From Thermoproteota archaeon (GTDB taxonomy: Archaea > Korarchaeota > Korarchaeia > Korarchaeales > JAOZGB01), in contig JAVCBU010000012.1 of the NCBI GenBank assembly GCA_037917685.1, positions 256,001 through 320,000 on the forward strand: a stretch of DNA of 64,000 nt, written 5' to 3'. Below the pieces are notes generated by a model that was given only the letters and a program-made list of their open reading frames with translations, ran no database searches and was not told the DNA's origin. Shown here one piece after another: positions 37,230 to 46,544 of the stretch (positions are counted from its first letter, which is position 1; each line of letters starts with the position of its first letter). Made by a program: the position numbers and the translations under genes.

Positions 37230-38774
37230 TCATCCCTTTAGATATAATGTTAGAAACTTTGCAAGCGGATCAATAAATACATACGGAATTATGAATAGTA
37301 CTACTCCAACTGCAGCTATTACTGCCATAGGCAGGGTCAGACTTCTCCTCGCTTTTTGCGCCTTCTCTGTTTTCTCACCTGGCTCACCGAAGAATATTCT
37401 TTTCATTGTGACAAACGCATACCCTGTTGAAAGACCTATGGCCACTACCAGCCCAGCTACCACTGGTATGAAGCTTCCGTCCTGGAAGGCTTTGTTTACT
37501 ACACCTACTACGATTAGAATCTCGCTCCAAAAGCCAAGCGAAGGTGGCACCCCAGTTATGTTCATGAATCCTGCGAGTGCCATCGCAGCAGTGTAGGGCA
37601 TCTTTGAAGCCAGCCCTCCCATCTGGTCTATTCTTCTCAAACCGTGTAGCTCTGCTATCAGGGTTCCGGCTACCATGAAGAGAAGAGCTTTCCCTACCGC
37701 ATGTGATGCGTAGTGGAGCATTGCGCCTGCTACTCCTAGTGTCTGAAGGCTTGAAACACCCAGGAGTATGTAGCCCATTTGTGATATGCTTGAATAGGCG
37801 AGAAGTCTTTTGAAGTCTTTCTGAGCTAGAACCATTAATCCTCCGTATATCATTGTTAGAAGTGCGAGAGGAAGAGTGTATGAGGTGAGTTTGGGGAAGG
37901 ATTCGGGAAATAGTGTGTAGTTTATCCTTATGAGGGCGTATCCAGCGATACCTATAAGGTTGGGTGAAAGCAAGGCTGAAACAGGAGTTGGCGCCTCAGC
38001 ATGTGCGTATGGAAGCCAGATGTGTACTCCGAACACAGCCATCTTGACGAATAAGCCTATTGTTAGGGCCGCAACTACTGTCATCCTCATTGATACTGGT
38101 AGTTTCTCCCCGAGCGCCATATTTGCAGCTAAGGTTTCAGGGTTTATAATGTCAAATACTCCGGTTGTTAGCCCAATCACCATTGCTCCCGCGAGGAATA
38201 CGAGTGCGCCGACGTGAGTCCATATGAGGTACATGATTGCAATTCTTGATTTTTCTCCGTAGCCGTAGAATGCTATTAGTAGGAAGCTCGGTAGAAGGCT
38301 CAGCTCTAGAAAAAGATAGAATTCCAGAAGGTTTGTTGAAAGAACTGTGCCAAGCATAGCTGATGAAAACATAACGTAAAGCATGTAGTAGACTCCCCAT
38401 GAGGGGGCTTTCTCTCCTTCGTGCTCCATTTCTTCGAAGCGATGTTTCATGTATGGAAGTGAGTATAGGGATACAAACGATGTCACTAGCCCTATAGAAA
38501 AGGCTATTGGTGCGTTTAGCCCGTCCAGAAGCATTGTGAAGTTTCCTGCAATATCAGACCTAAAGAAGGGAGGGTCAGCTATAGGCTCCTTTAGTCCTGT
38601 CTGGATTAGTAACACTGACACCATGGCTAGAGGGAGTAAGAGGAGCACTGTTGAAATTGCAGTGTGAACCTTAGGCTTCCAATTTCGGCCTAGTACTGCT
38701 TGGAAGAAGGATACTACTATTGGTACTATAACTGTTAGAAACAGGATTGGATATTGGAGTATCATTTCTTTCAC
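37230..38774 (-). CDS. nuoM: Complex I-like subunit M
   Basis: FYLFLE, HIWLPYAHAEAPT, KRLLAYSSISQMG, GFWSE. Confidence 0.92.
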   Translation of the reverse strand: MKEMILQYPILFLTVIVPIVVSFFQAVLGRNWKPKVHTAISTVLLLLPLAMVSVLLIQTGLKEPIADPPFFRSDIAGNFTMLLDGLNAPIAFSIGLVTSFVSLYSLPYMKHRFEEMEHEGEKAPSWGVYYMLYVMFSSAMLGTVLSTNLLEFYLFLELSLLPSFLLIAFYGYGEKSRIAIMYLIWTHVGALVFLAGAMVIGLTTGVFDIINPETLAANMALGEKLPVSMRMTVVAALTIGLFVKMAVFGVHIWLPYAHAEAPTPVSALLSPNLIGIAGYALIRINYTLFPESFPKLTSYTLPLALLTMIYGGLMVLAQKDFKRLLAYSSISQMGYILLGVSSLQTLGVAGAMLHYASHAVGKALLFMVAGTLIAELHGLRRIDQMGGLASKMPYTAAMALAGFMNITGVPPSLGFWSEILIVVGVVNKAFQDGSFIPVVAGLVVAIGLSTGYAFVTMKRIFFGEPGEKTEKAQKARRSLTLPMAVIAAVGVVLFIIPYVFIDPLAKFLTLYLKG

Positions 38775-39073
38775 CCCTTAAACCTCTCAAGATGGTATAC
38801 ATCTACTTCTTTTCTAAGCGTAAACATAAGTAGTGCTATGGATACTGTAACCCCAACTTCGGCTGCCGCTATTGTGATTGCAAGAAGGGCCATAAGCCCT
38901 CCGGAGGCCGGGTCAGCTGAGGCTGAAGATAAAGCTAACAGGGCTATCAGAGCCGAGTTGAAAATTACCTCTGCCGAGAGGAGGATTCTTATTATATTTC
39001 TCCTGGATATTAGACCGTACACGCCTATTCCAAACATACAGACGGAAACGATAAGGTAGTGATACACCATCAT
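38771..39073 (-). CDS. nuoK: Complex I-like subunit K
   Basis: IGVYG...RRNII, SAEVIFN, AAAEVGV. Confidence 0.92.
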   Translation of the reverse strand: MMVYHYLIVSVCMFGIGVYGLISRRNIIRILLSAEVIFNSALIALLALSSASADPASGGLMALLAITIAAAEVGVTVSIALLMFTLRKEVDVYHLERFKG

Positions 39074-39555
39074 ATCTTTTCACCTCGCATCGCTAGAGTT
39101 AATGCTTCAATAAGTGTTGTTACAAGGGTTAATGTAGTTATGACAAGTGCAAATTTATACTTGGATATTAGAAGTGACGAGAGACTTTTATAACTCACAT
39201 TTCCAAAGGCCTGGGCATTTAATCCTTTAAAGACGATAAGGAGACATAGCACTAGTACCACTGATGCTGCCCCGGCTAACATACTCATTGAAGGGGTAGG
39301 TGGTGGGGGTTCTTTGAGGAGAGTTACTGAGAAGAGAATGAATATTACGGCAGCCCCTACGTAGACTGCTATGTGAAATACAGCGAGTATTGTGAAGCCT
39401 ATTAGGGACATCAGTATTGAATTTGAGATGCCAAGTATCGCTAGGAAGAAGGCTGCATACGTGAGTGATTTATGAAGTATGGCTAGTGCTGCTGAGGCTA
39501 AGCCAACAAGGCTTGCGACAAGGAATATTAACATCTCAAGATTTGGAATGTACAT
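39070..39555 (-). CDS. nuoJ: Complex I-like subunit J
   Basis: AVYVGAAVIFILF motif; hydrophobic; operon position. Confidence 0.88.
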   Translation of the reverse strand: MYIPNLEMLIFLVASLVGLASAALAILHKSLTYAAFFLAILGISNSILMSLIGFTILAVFHIAVYVGAAVIFILFSVTLLKEPPPPTPSMSMLAGAASVVLVLCLLIVFKGLNAQAFGNVSYKSLSSLLISKYKFALVITTLTLVTTLIEALTLAMRGEKI

Positions 39556-40003
39556 ATTTCAATCCCACCTCCTCATCCGTTTCTATCCTCAATATTTCCG
39601 GTTTGAAGGGGGCTTCAGGCGGCCCCTCCGCTAACTTTTCGGGGGAAAATTCGAGTTCTTCAAGACTGTAAGAAGCGTAATCGTGTACGGGAGAGTACTC
39701 TAATGCCCCTGTAGGGCATATATCGACGCAGAAGCCGCAGAATATACACCTGTTGTAGTTTATAGAGGGATACCTCTTTTCTCCGATTTTAACCATCTTC
39801 ATCGCATCCGCTGGGCATATGTTTGCACAGAGAGAGCAGCTCACACATTTATTCTTATCATATCTAGGCATGCCTCTATAGCCTTCAGGAAGCTTTTCCG
39901 CCTGCTCTGGGTATAGAATTGTTAGTCTCGGCTTCAATAGGAGGTATTTAAGCCCTGTTAGTAGGGCCTGTATATGTCCTCTTACATTTGAAACTACGCC
40001 CAT
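39536..40003 (-). CDS. nuoI: Complex I-like subunit I (2x[4Fe-4S])
   Basis: T..YP, YRG, CVSCSLCANICP and CIFCGFCVDICP. Confidence 0.93.
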   Translation of the reverse strand: MGVVSNVRGHIQALLTGLKYLLLKPRLTILYPEQAEKLPEGYRGMPRYDKNKCVSCSLCANICPADAMKMVKIGEKRYPSINYNRCIFCGFCVDICPTGALEYSPVHDYASYSLEELEFSPEKLAEGPPEAPFKPEILRIETDEEVGLKYVHSKS

Positions 40004-41028
40004 ACCATCACCTTAAGATATGTAAAGATTATGCTGTATCCTATGGCAGCTAAAGACAGTATCAGTAAGACTTTCCATCCTATGGTTAAAGCATGGTCGA
40101 TCCTGTACCGTGGGTAGACGGATCTTAGGAATATTCCTGTGACCATTATTATAAGGGCTTTAGCTAGCATTATGAAACCTGGGAGTATCGGGTGAAGCGT
40201 AAACGGCCAGAAGGTTGGGTTCCAACCGCCTAGGAATAATATTGTAAAGAGAAGGCTTAGAATATACATTTTAACATATGAGGCGCCCATTGTTAGCCCA
40301 TACAGGATTCCGGAATACTCGGTGTATGGCCCCATGACTATTTCCGTTTCTGCCTCGGCGATTTCAAACGGGAACCTTGCTGTTGACATGAATATTATAA
40401 GTAGGAAGGTTAACGCTGCTAAGGGATTTAGAATTATACCCCACTCATGCTTCAAGGCTATCTCTACAATGTCTAAGGTTCCATATAGCATTACTATTGC
40501 TAATGTTGACAGGAATAGGGGAATCTCATAGGAAACTATTATGTATCCCTCTCTCAAGCCTCCTATTAGGCTGAACTTGTTATTGCTTGCCCACCCTATT
40601 ACTAGGTCGAAGAGGGGGCTTAGCGATAACAGCGCAAGGATCACTAGTAGGCTTACTTCGCTATGGAATGGTACGAAGGTGTCACTTACAGGTATAAGGG
40701 CTGCAGGTATGTATGCAGTCCCAAACAGTAGTACTGGTCCAAGTATGAAGGCGAGCTTGTCAGCATCCTTAGGTATTATCGGCTCTGCGAATAGGAATCT
40801 TAAAAGATCAGCTACAAGTTGGAGTATCCCCCCAAGCCTCTTTGAAACATAGAGAGGCCCATATCTTAGCTGTACCTTTGCAGCTATCTTTCTTTCTAAC
40901 CATATAAGAAGAATTATCAAGACGAAAGCTGTAAGTATGCCGGGGAAGAAAATTGGAGTAAATATGTAGGGCTTTAGCAGGAGGTTTATGAGCCATTTAA
41001 CGAGTTCTACCAATCCCATATCCATCAC
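39994..41028 (-). CDS. nuoH: Complex I-like subunit H
   Basis: ERKIAAKVQLRYGP, SNNKFSLIGGLR, SYE, RFPFEIAEAETE..G..TEYSG, PRYRID. Confidence 0.94.
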   Translation of the reverse strand: MMDMGLVELVKWLINLLLKPYIFTPIFFPGILTAFVLIILLIWLERKIAAKVQLRYGPLYVSKRLGGILQLVADLLRFLFAEPIIPKDADKLAFILGPVLLFGTAYIPAALIPVSDTFVPFHSEVSLLVILALLSLSPLFDLVIGWASNNKFSLIGGLREGYIIVSYEIPLFLSTLAIVMLYGTLDIVEIALKHEWGIILNPLAALTFLLIIFMSTARFPFEIAEAETEIVMGPYTEYSGILYGLTMGASYVKMYILSLLFTILFLGGWNPTFWPFTLHPILPGFIMLAKALIIMVTGIFLRSVYPRYRIDHALTIGWKVLLILSLAAIGYSIIFTYLKVMVWA

Positions 41029-42188
41029 CTATCAGCCTCGGGTGGGAAATAATCTAGGCTACCATAGATTGAGGGAATATCGGCTATTCTATGGCCTTTT
41101 AGCAGATGTGAAAATAGGATAACGTTTCGGTATGATGGAGAGACCATTCTAAGCCTATATGGCCTTTCTGTGCCATCGCTCACCACATAAAAGAAGAATT
41201 CCCCTCTCGCTCCCTCGACTCTTGCAAAGGCTTCGCCAGGGCCAGGTTTGAGCCTGGCAAATATGGCTGGAAACTTAAGTATGCCTGTTGAAGAGTAATA
41301 GTCTTTCCATTTGGGTGGTATCATCCTATAATAGTTTTCGGCAAGTATAGACCCCTCAGGGATGTCTTTGAGAATCTGTCTAATTATCTTTATGCTTTCT
41401 TTTATTTCGAGAACACGTGCTTTAAGCCTCGCGTGGGAGTCTCCCTCTTTTAGCACAACCATATCAAAATCAAGCTTGTCATAAACACAGTAAGGCGCAT
41501 TTTTCCTAACGTCGTACGCTACACCTGAAGCCCTCAAGTTGGGGCCAACAACGCCTAGTTTTATAGCATCGTCCCTTGTAAGGATGCCTACTCCTTCCAG
41601 TCTAGCCTTAGTCACGGGGTTTTCCACGAAAAGCTTTTCATGATCTTTCAATCTTTTTTCAATGTATTTCAAGGCCTTCTCCGCTCTCTCCGGGAAGAAT
41701 TTTGGCATATCTCTTCTTACTCCGCCTGGAATAATGTATGAGTATGTGATTCTAGCACCAGTTAGTAACTGGCAAAGATCTATTAGAATTTCCCTATCGG
41801 CAAATCCCCACATGAAAGCAGTCGATGAGCCTATCATTATGCCTAATATTCCTATCCCATAAAAATGACTGTGAATCCTATTGATTTCTGCAAGTAAGAC
41901 CCTGAGATAGCTAGCCCTTTCAGGCGGTTCTATTTTTAGAAGTTTTTCCAACGCTAGAATATAACAAAGGTTTGGGCTGGTGGTATCTGCAAGGGAAGGC
42001 CTTTCTACGAGGGGAACTATCTGAATATACTTTTTGGTTTCGGCTATTTTCTCAACTGCCCTATGAACGTAACCTATATTGGGCTGGGCTTCGACTATTA
42101 TGTCGCCGTCTACTCTTACGTGAAATCTCATGTGGCCTGAGCCTGGATGTTGAGGCCCTATGTAAAGTTCAAGGATTCTATCTGTCAT
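41025..42188 (-). CDS. nuoD: Complex I-like subunit D (no NiFe ligands)
   Basis: GPQHPGSGH, GYVHR..EK, EINRIHSH, GGVRRD, EGARGE, SLDYFPPEADR. Confidence 0.92.
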   Translation of the reverse strand: MTDRILELYIGPQHPGSGHMRFHVRVDGDIIVEAQPNIGYVHRAVEKIAETKKYIQIVPLVERPSLADTTSPNLCYILALEKLLKIEPPERASYLRVLLAEINRIHSHFYGIGILGIMIGSSTAFMWGFADREILIDLCQLLTGARITYSYIIPGGVRRDMPKFFPERAEKALKYIEKRLKDHEKLFVENPVTKARLEGVGILTRDDAIKLGVVGPNLRASGVAYDVRKNAPYCVYDKLDFDMVVLKEGDSHARLKARVLEIKESIKIIRQILKDIPEGSILAENYYRMIPPKWKDYYSSTGILKFPAIFARLKPGPGEAFARVEGARGEFFFYVVSDGTERPYRLRMVSPSYRNVILFSHLLKGHRIADIPSIYGSLDYFPPEADR

Positions 42189-42637
42189 TTTTCAATCCCC
42201 TCTACTGGGATTTTAAAGTCTTTTCTTAAAGGTGGGGGGCCTTTAAAATCGTCTGGGAGCATTACCTTCTCGAGGGGGTTCCCTTGGAACTTTACACCAA
42301 GAAGCTCCGAGGTCTCTGCTTCGAGGTACCTAACGCTAGGCCACACGTCGAGAAGAGAGGGTACTTCGGGATTATCCCTTGAGGTCTCAATTTCGATGGA
42401 AAGGATTGATGTTGAAAGTTCCTTATCTGAATAGGATGAAACATGGTAGACGATTTTAAACACGCCCTTATCGGGATAATCTATCCCTGTAACAGATTTA
42501 ACATGATCGTAGCCTATGCTTTTTAATTTCTCAGCTTTTTCTCTCAGTTCGGAAGCGCCTACTGTTATCTTCAAGCCCTCACCAACTTCCAGCCCTATAC
42601 TACGGAGCTTTTCGACTACTTTTTGCATCTGTTTCAC
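42185..42637 (-). CDS. nuoC: Complex I-like subunit C
   Basis: TGIDY, E.E..ELLGVKFQG, PPLRKDF. Confidence 0.92.
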   Translation of the reverse strand: MKQMQKVVEKLRSIGLEVGEGLKITVGASELREKAEKLKSIGYDHVKSVTGIDYPDKGVFKIVYHVSSYSDKELSTSILSIEIETSRDNPEVPSLLDVWPSVRYLEAETSELLGVKFQGNPLEKVMLPDDFKGPPPLRKDFKIPVEGIEK

Positions 42638-43127
42638 CCTTGATCTTCTTTTGAAGCATTATAATTGCTCTGGCAAGGGCTTCCGGTCTTGGAGGGCAAC
42701 CTGGAATAAATATTTCGACTGGAAGTATCTGCCAGGGTCTAACAATATTGTAACTATTCCAGAATATTCCTCCGTCTAAGCCGCAAACTCCCATGGCTAT
42801 GACATATTTGGGCTCAGGCATCTGTTGATATACAATTTTAGCAGCTTCACCCATCTTCCTTGTGAGTGTACCTTCTATGACCATGAGATTTGTTTGTCTA
42901 GGCGCAACAAAGGGTAAAAAGCCGAATCTTTCAGCATCATACTTGGAAGCTGATGCCGCGGCAAATTCGGCACCACAACATGCTGTTGTAAAGTGTACAG
43001 GCCAAAGAGAAAACGAAATACCCCAGTCCCTTATTGTTCTAATAGGTTTCTTATTTATAAGCCACTGAGCTGCCTTTCTGGCGGATTCTTCAAGATTACC
43101 AAGTAAAATCAGTCTTCCATGAGCCAT
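42600..43127 (-). CDS. nuoB: Complex I-like subunit B
   Basis: SLWP...ACCGAE, YDAERFG, PRQ, MPEPKYVIAMGVC, IPGCPPRPE. Confidence 0.95.
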   Translation of the reverse strand: MAHGRLILLGNLEESARKAAQWLINKKPIRTIRDWGISFSLWPVHFTTACCGAEFAAASASKYDAERFGFLPFVAPRQTNLMVIEGTLTRKMGEAAKIVYQQMPEPKYVIAMGVCGLDGGIFWNSYNIVRPWQILPVEIFIPGCPPRPEALARAIIMLQKKIKGETDAKSSRKAP

Positions 43128-43516
43128 AACTTCACCCTCCCCGCCACCTTAACCCCAAAATATAGTGTTGGCGCAAGCATGCCCAGAATTAGCAGGAAAA
43201 GAATAGAGACATCTATAAGAGCTGTATTAGCCATAATGAGTAGAATAAATAGATATATGGAAATAGGCTCAACTGTTAGGAATAGTATTAGGAAAGCGTA
43301 GTACTGCATTGCGTACCATCCTCTAGCTCTGCCGAGAGGTTTATTTCCACATTCGTACCTGAGCTGTTTGAGTGGGAGATCTTTTCTGGGTGAAACGAGC
43401 CTAGCAAGTAAGAATCCAAGTAATCCTATGCCTAACCCAACTATAACCGACATTGAAAGTACTATAAGATTATGTAGGTTAATGTTATTCATTATCAGAA
43501 GAGCTGAAGGCTTCAT
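43109..43516 (-). CDS. nuoA: Complex I-like subunit A
   Basis: K..RYECG, QYY.F.ILFL..E. Confidence 0.9.
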   Translation of the reverse strand: MKPSALLIMNNINLHNLIVLSMSVIVGLGIGLLGFLLARLVSPRKDLPLKQLRYECGNKPLGRARGWYAMQYYAFLILFLTVEPISIYLFILLIMANTALIDVSILFLLILGMLAPTLYFGVKVAGRVKLWLMED

Positions 43517-43680
43517 TGCCCCTCGGTTAGAATCAATGTGGTTAAAAATTTAAACATTTTTATTACTGCATACTGCACATCAGTCTTTCAACGTAGCCTA
43601 GTAATGATCAAAGGAGTAGCCTTGCTATTTTAAACTGAACCTGCCGAGTGAGGGTATACAGGCTGTTATATAAGTTATTG

Positions 43681-44316
43681 CTACTCTTTTCCCATTTTAG
43701 AGTAGTATGCGCAGGATTCCCGTAAAAGGCATTTATTGCATTCAGGTTTAATTGGTTTACATATGTCTCTGCCGAAGTCTACGAAAGCATGATTGACATA
43801 TATCCATAGTTCCCGTGGGAGGTTTTCCATTAATGTTTTTTCTACCTGTAAAGGTGTAGCTTCTAACGGCGCTAATCCAAGCCTTTTAGCTATCCTATAT
43901 ACATGGGTGTCAACTGCTATTGCAGGAATCCCGTATCCATAAGCTAAAACTATATTTGCACATTTTCTTCCTATACCTGGAAGTTTCAGCAGCTCTTCCA
44001 TACTTCGAGGTACCTTACCCTTATGTTTTTCAACTATTATTTTTGCAACCTGAACTATGTATCTAGATTTAGCCTTATACAGGCCAGTATTCTTTATAAG
44101 TTCCATAATAGTCTCAAGATCAGCAGATGCCAGTTCTTCGGGGGTACTAAATCTTTTAAACAGTTCTTCTACGGCCTTGTAGCTTTGCTCATCTCTTGTG
44201 CGTTGGGATAGTATACAATGTACTAGGACTTTAAATGGGTCGTCGTTATGTTTGTCTCTCTTATACTTCTTCGTTAGAATCCTAACTATCATTTCCGCCT
44301 TGTTCAATACTTTCAC
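43681..44316 (-). CDS. nth: Endonuclease III
   Basis: LSQRTRD, HhH LPGIGRKCA, VDTHVYR, C..6..C..C..5..C FeS motif. Confidence 0.95.
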   Translation of the reverse strand: MKVLNKAEMIVRILTKKYKRDKHNDDPFKVLVHCILSQRTRDEQSYKAVEELFKRFSTPEELASADLETIMELIKNTGLYKAKSRYIVQVAKIIVEKHKGKVPRSMEELLKLPGIGRKCANIVLAYGYGIPAIAVDTHVYRIAKRLGLAPLEATPLQVEKTLMENLPRELWIYVNHAFVDFGRDICKPIKPECNKCLLRESCAYYSKMGKE

Positions 44317-44335
44317 CTTATAGAAAGCATAATTA

Positions 44336-45541
44336 GTGATGCCGGGAATTATATTTAAGAGTATGGAAGATATTTTGATAGGAACTTCTGGGTGGAGCTA
44401 CGAGGAATGGGTAGGACCATTCTATTTAGAAATTAAAGATCAGCTCCGCCAATACTTTGATGTTTTTAGAACTGTCGAGGTTAACTCCACATTTTACAGT
44501 TTTCCGTCCGTGTGGCTTCCACGTCTGTGGGCGAGAAGGAGTCCTGACGGCTTCCGGTTTGCGCTCAAAATGCCCCGTGATATAACACATAAAAAGATGC
44601 TTGCAGATCCCCGAAGTCTCATAGAGAAGTTTCTTAAACTTATAGATCCACTCAAAAAAACACAGCGTCTAGGCCCGTTACTATTCCAGCTGCCTCCAAA
44701 GCTTCAGTGTAATATTAGTCTTCTCTCAAAGTTTTTAGAGAGTCTTCCAGAGGGATACGAGTATGCAATTGAATTTAGGCATCCTTCCTGGTTTAAATGT
44801 GGAGAAGTTATAGGTTTACTTAGAGACCATAATGTAGCTTTTACTGTTGTAGATGCTCCAGGCCTCCCAGGGAAGGTTGAAGTAACTGCAGACTTCTCAT
44901 ATTTTAGATGGCATGGCAGAGGTTCCAGGCCATGGTATAACTATCATTATAGAATGGAGGAGCTTAGGGAATTCGTCCCTAAAGTCATGAGTGCAAAGTC
45001 GAAGTGTAGTAGGGTATATGGGTATTTCAATAACCACTTCAAGGGTTTCGCGCCTAAAAATGCATTAGAGCTTATAGAACTTTTAGATATCGGTCTCACC
45101 CCTAAACAGAGGCAGGTGAAAGCTAGGATAGATGAATGGTTCTCTAAGCTTAAAGGTCCTGCTCTTTTAAAAGAACCTGAGATTCCAGCAGAGGGAAAGA
45201 TTATGAATATGGGAATTGAACAGCTTATTTCCATTCTCACCGATAGTGTCAGGCTTAAACGGGCTTTAGGCATACCTGATAGCAGTGTTAGGGTATTACG
45301 TAGAGATGAGGTTATTGAAGCTACTGTTAAGGACTATCATATCGTCATTGATCTTAAAAGAAAGGTTATACTTCATGATTGCGCTGACTGGGGTAAAGTT
45401 TCAGTGGCTAAGAGATTTTGTAAGCATGTAGCTAAATTGATGTTCACATTATCAGATGGTGCTGATATTATGAGAAGCATTATCTTAGACCTCGATAAAT
45501 GGAATTTCAGGGCTTTGATGGGTGAGAGTAGTGGGAGTTAA
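44336..45541 (+). CDS. DUF72/YecE-family TIM-barrel protein with C-terminal SWIM-like Zn finger
   Basis: GTSGWSY, VEVNSTFY, LFQLPP, EFRHPSW, YFRWHG, YFNNH; C-terminal HDCADW...FCKH. Confidence 0.88.
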   Translation: MMPGIIFKSMEDILIGTSGWSYEEWVGPFYLEIKDQLRQYFDVFRTVEVNSTFYSFPSVWLPRLWARRSPDGFRFALKMPRDITHKKMLADPRSLIEKFLKLIDPLKKTQRLGPLLFQLPPKLQCNISLLSKFLESLPEGYEYAIEFRHPSWFKCGEVIGLLRDHNVAFTVVDAPGLPGKVEVTADFSYFRWHGRGSRPWYNYHYRMEELREFVPKVMSAKSKCSRVYGYFNNHFKGFAPKNALELIELLDIGLTPKQRQVKARIDEWFSKLKGPALLKEPEIPAEGKIMNMGIEQLISILTDSVRLKRALGIPDSSVRVLRRDEVIEATVKDYHIVIDLKRKVILHDCADWGKVSVAKRFCKHVAKLMFTLSDGADIMRSIILDLDKWNFRALMGESSGS

Positions 45542-46544
45542 GCTGGGAGACCTCATCAGGAGGAAACCTATAAGTTTCGAGTCTCTTGCTGGTAAAACTG
45601 TGGCCATAGATGCTTTTAACGCCTTATACCAGTTTCTTGCGATCATAAGGACTGGTCCTGGGGTGCCACTTAAGGATAGACACGGGAGGATTACAAGCCA
45701 CTTGAACGGCTTACTTTTCAGAACTGTCAGACTTATGGAGTATGGAATTAAACCTGTATATGTATTTGACGGGAAGCCCCCAGAGCTTAAAAGGGCTACA
45801 ATAGAGGAGCGGAAGGAAAGGAGGGAGGAAGCTCTACGAGAGTATCAGAAAGCTGTTCTTAGAGGAGACTTCGAAACTGCTTGGTCTAAGGCAGTGCAAA
45901 CAGCAACCCTATCTGAAATTATGGCAAATGATGCTAAGACTCTTTTAAACTTTATGGGGGTTCCATGGGTTCAGGCTCCATCCGAAGGAGAGGCGCAAGC
46001 TGCGTATATGACTGAAAAGGGGGATATCTGGGCATCAGCAAGTCAGGATTATGATTCGCTCTTGTTCGGGGCTGAAAGGCTTGTTAGGAATCTAACTATC
46101 TCGGGGAGGAGGTTTTATAGGAAGAAAAAGATGGCTGTCAAGCTAAACCCTGAACTTGTAGTTTTAAATGAGGCGCTATCGGATTTAGGCCTTAGGAGAG
46201 AGCAACTTGTAGACCTCGCTATACTAATAGGAACCGATTATAACGAGGGAGTTAAAGGTATAGGTCCAAAGACGGCGTACAAGCTGATTAAAAAATACGA
46301 AACCCTAGAAAATATCATAAAGTATGAGAATCTAACATTAGACTTCGACTACGAAGCTGTTAGATCTATATTTCTTAATCCGGAAGTAACTGACGAGTAT
46401 GATCTCAGATGGGGGAGCATCGACGAGAAAGGGATCATAAAGTTTCTCTGCGAAGAGAGAGACTTTAACGTCGAAAGGGTTAGGAAGGCGGTTGAACGCC
46501 TTAGGAAAGCATCTGTTTCTTTCAGACAAACTACACTATTCTAA
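45522..46544 (+). CDS. fen: Flap endonuclease 1
   Basis: IDAFNALYQFL, TSHLNGL, VFDG, APSEGEAQAA, SQDYD, GTDYN, C-terminal PIP box RQTTLF. Confidence 0.97.
   Translation: MRVVGVKLGDLIRRKPISFESLAGKTVAIDAFNALYQFLAIIRTGPGVPLKDRHGRITSHLNGLLFRTVRLMEYGIKPVYVFDGKPPELKRATIEERKERREEALREYQKAVLRGDFETAWSKAVQTATLSEIMANDAKTLLNFMGVPWVQAPSEGEAQAAYMTEKGDIWASASQDYDSLLFGAERLVRNLTISGRRFYRKKKMAVKLNPELVVLNEALSDLGLRREQLVDLAILIGTDYNEGVKGIGPKTAYKLIKKYETLENIIKYENLTLDFDYEAVRSIFLNPEVTDEYDLRWGSIDEKGIIKFLCEERDFNVERVRKAVERLRKASVSFRQTTLF

Noticed and set aside
41025-43127. Group 4 [NiFe] hydrogenase (Mbh/Ech) or MBS
   Set aside because: The large subunit lacks both CxxC Ni-binding motifs; the small subunit has the complex I tandem CC
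43616-43635. Minus-strand GTTTAAAATAGCAAGGCTAC resembling Cas9 tracrRNA words
   Set aside because: Short and permuted match with no cas genes or array; treated as coincidence
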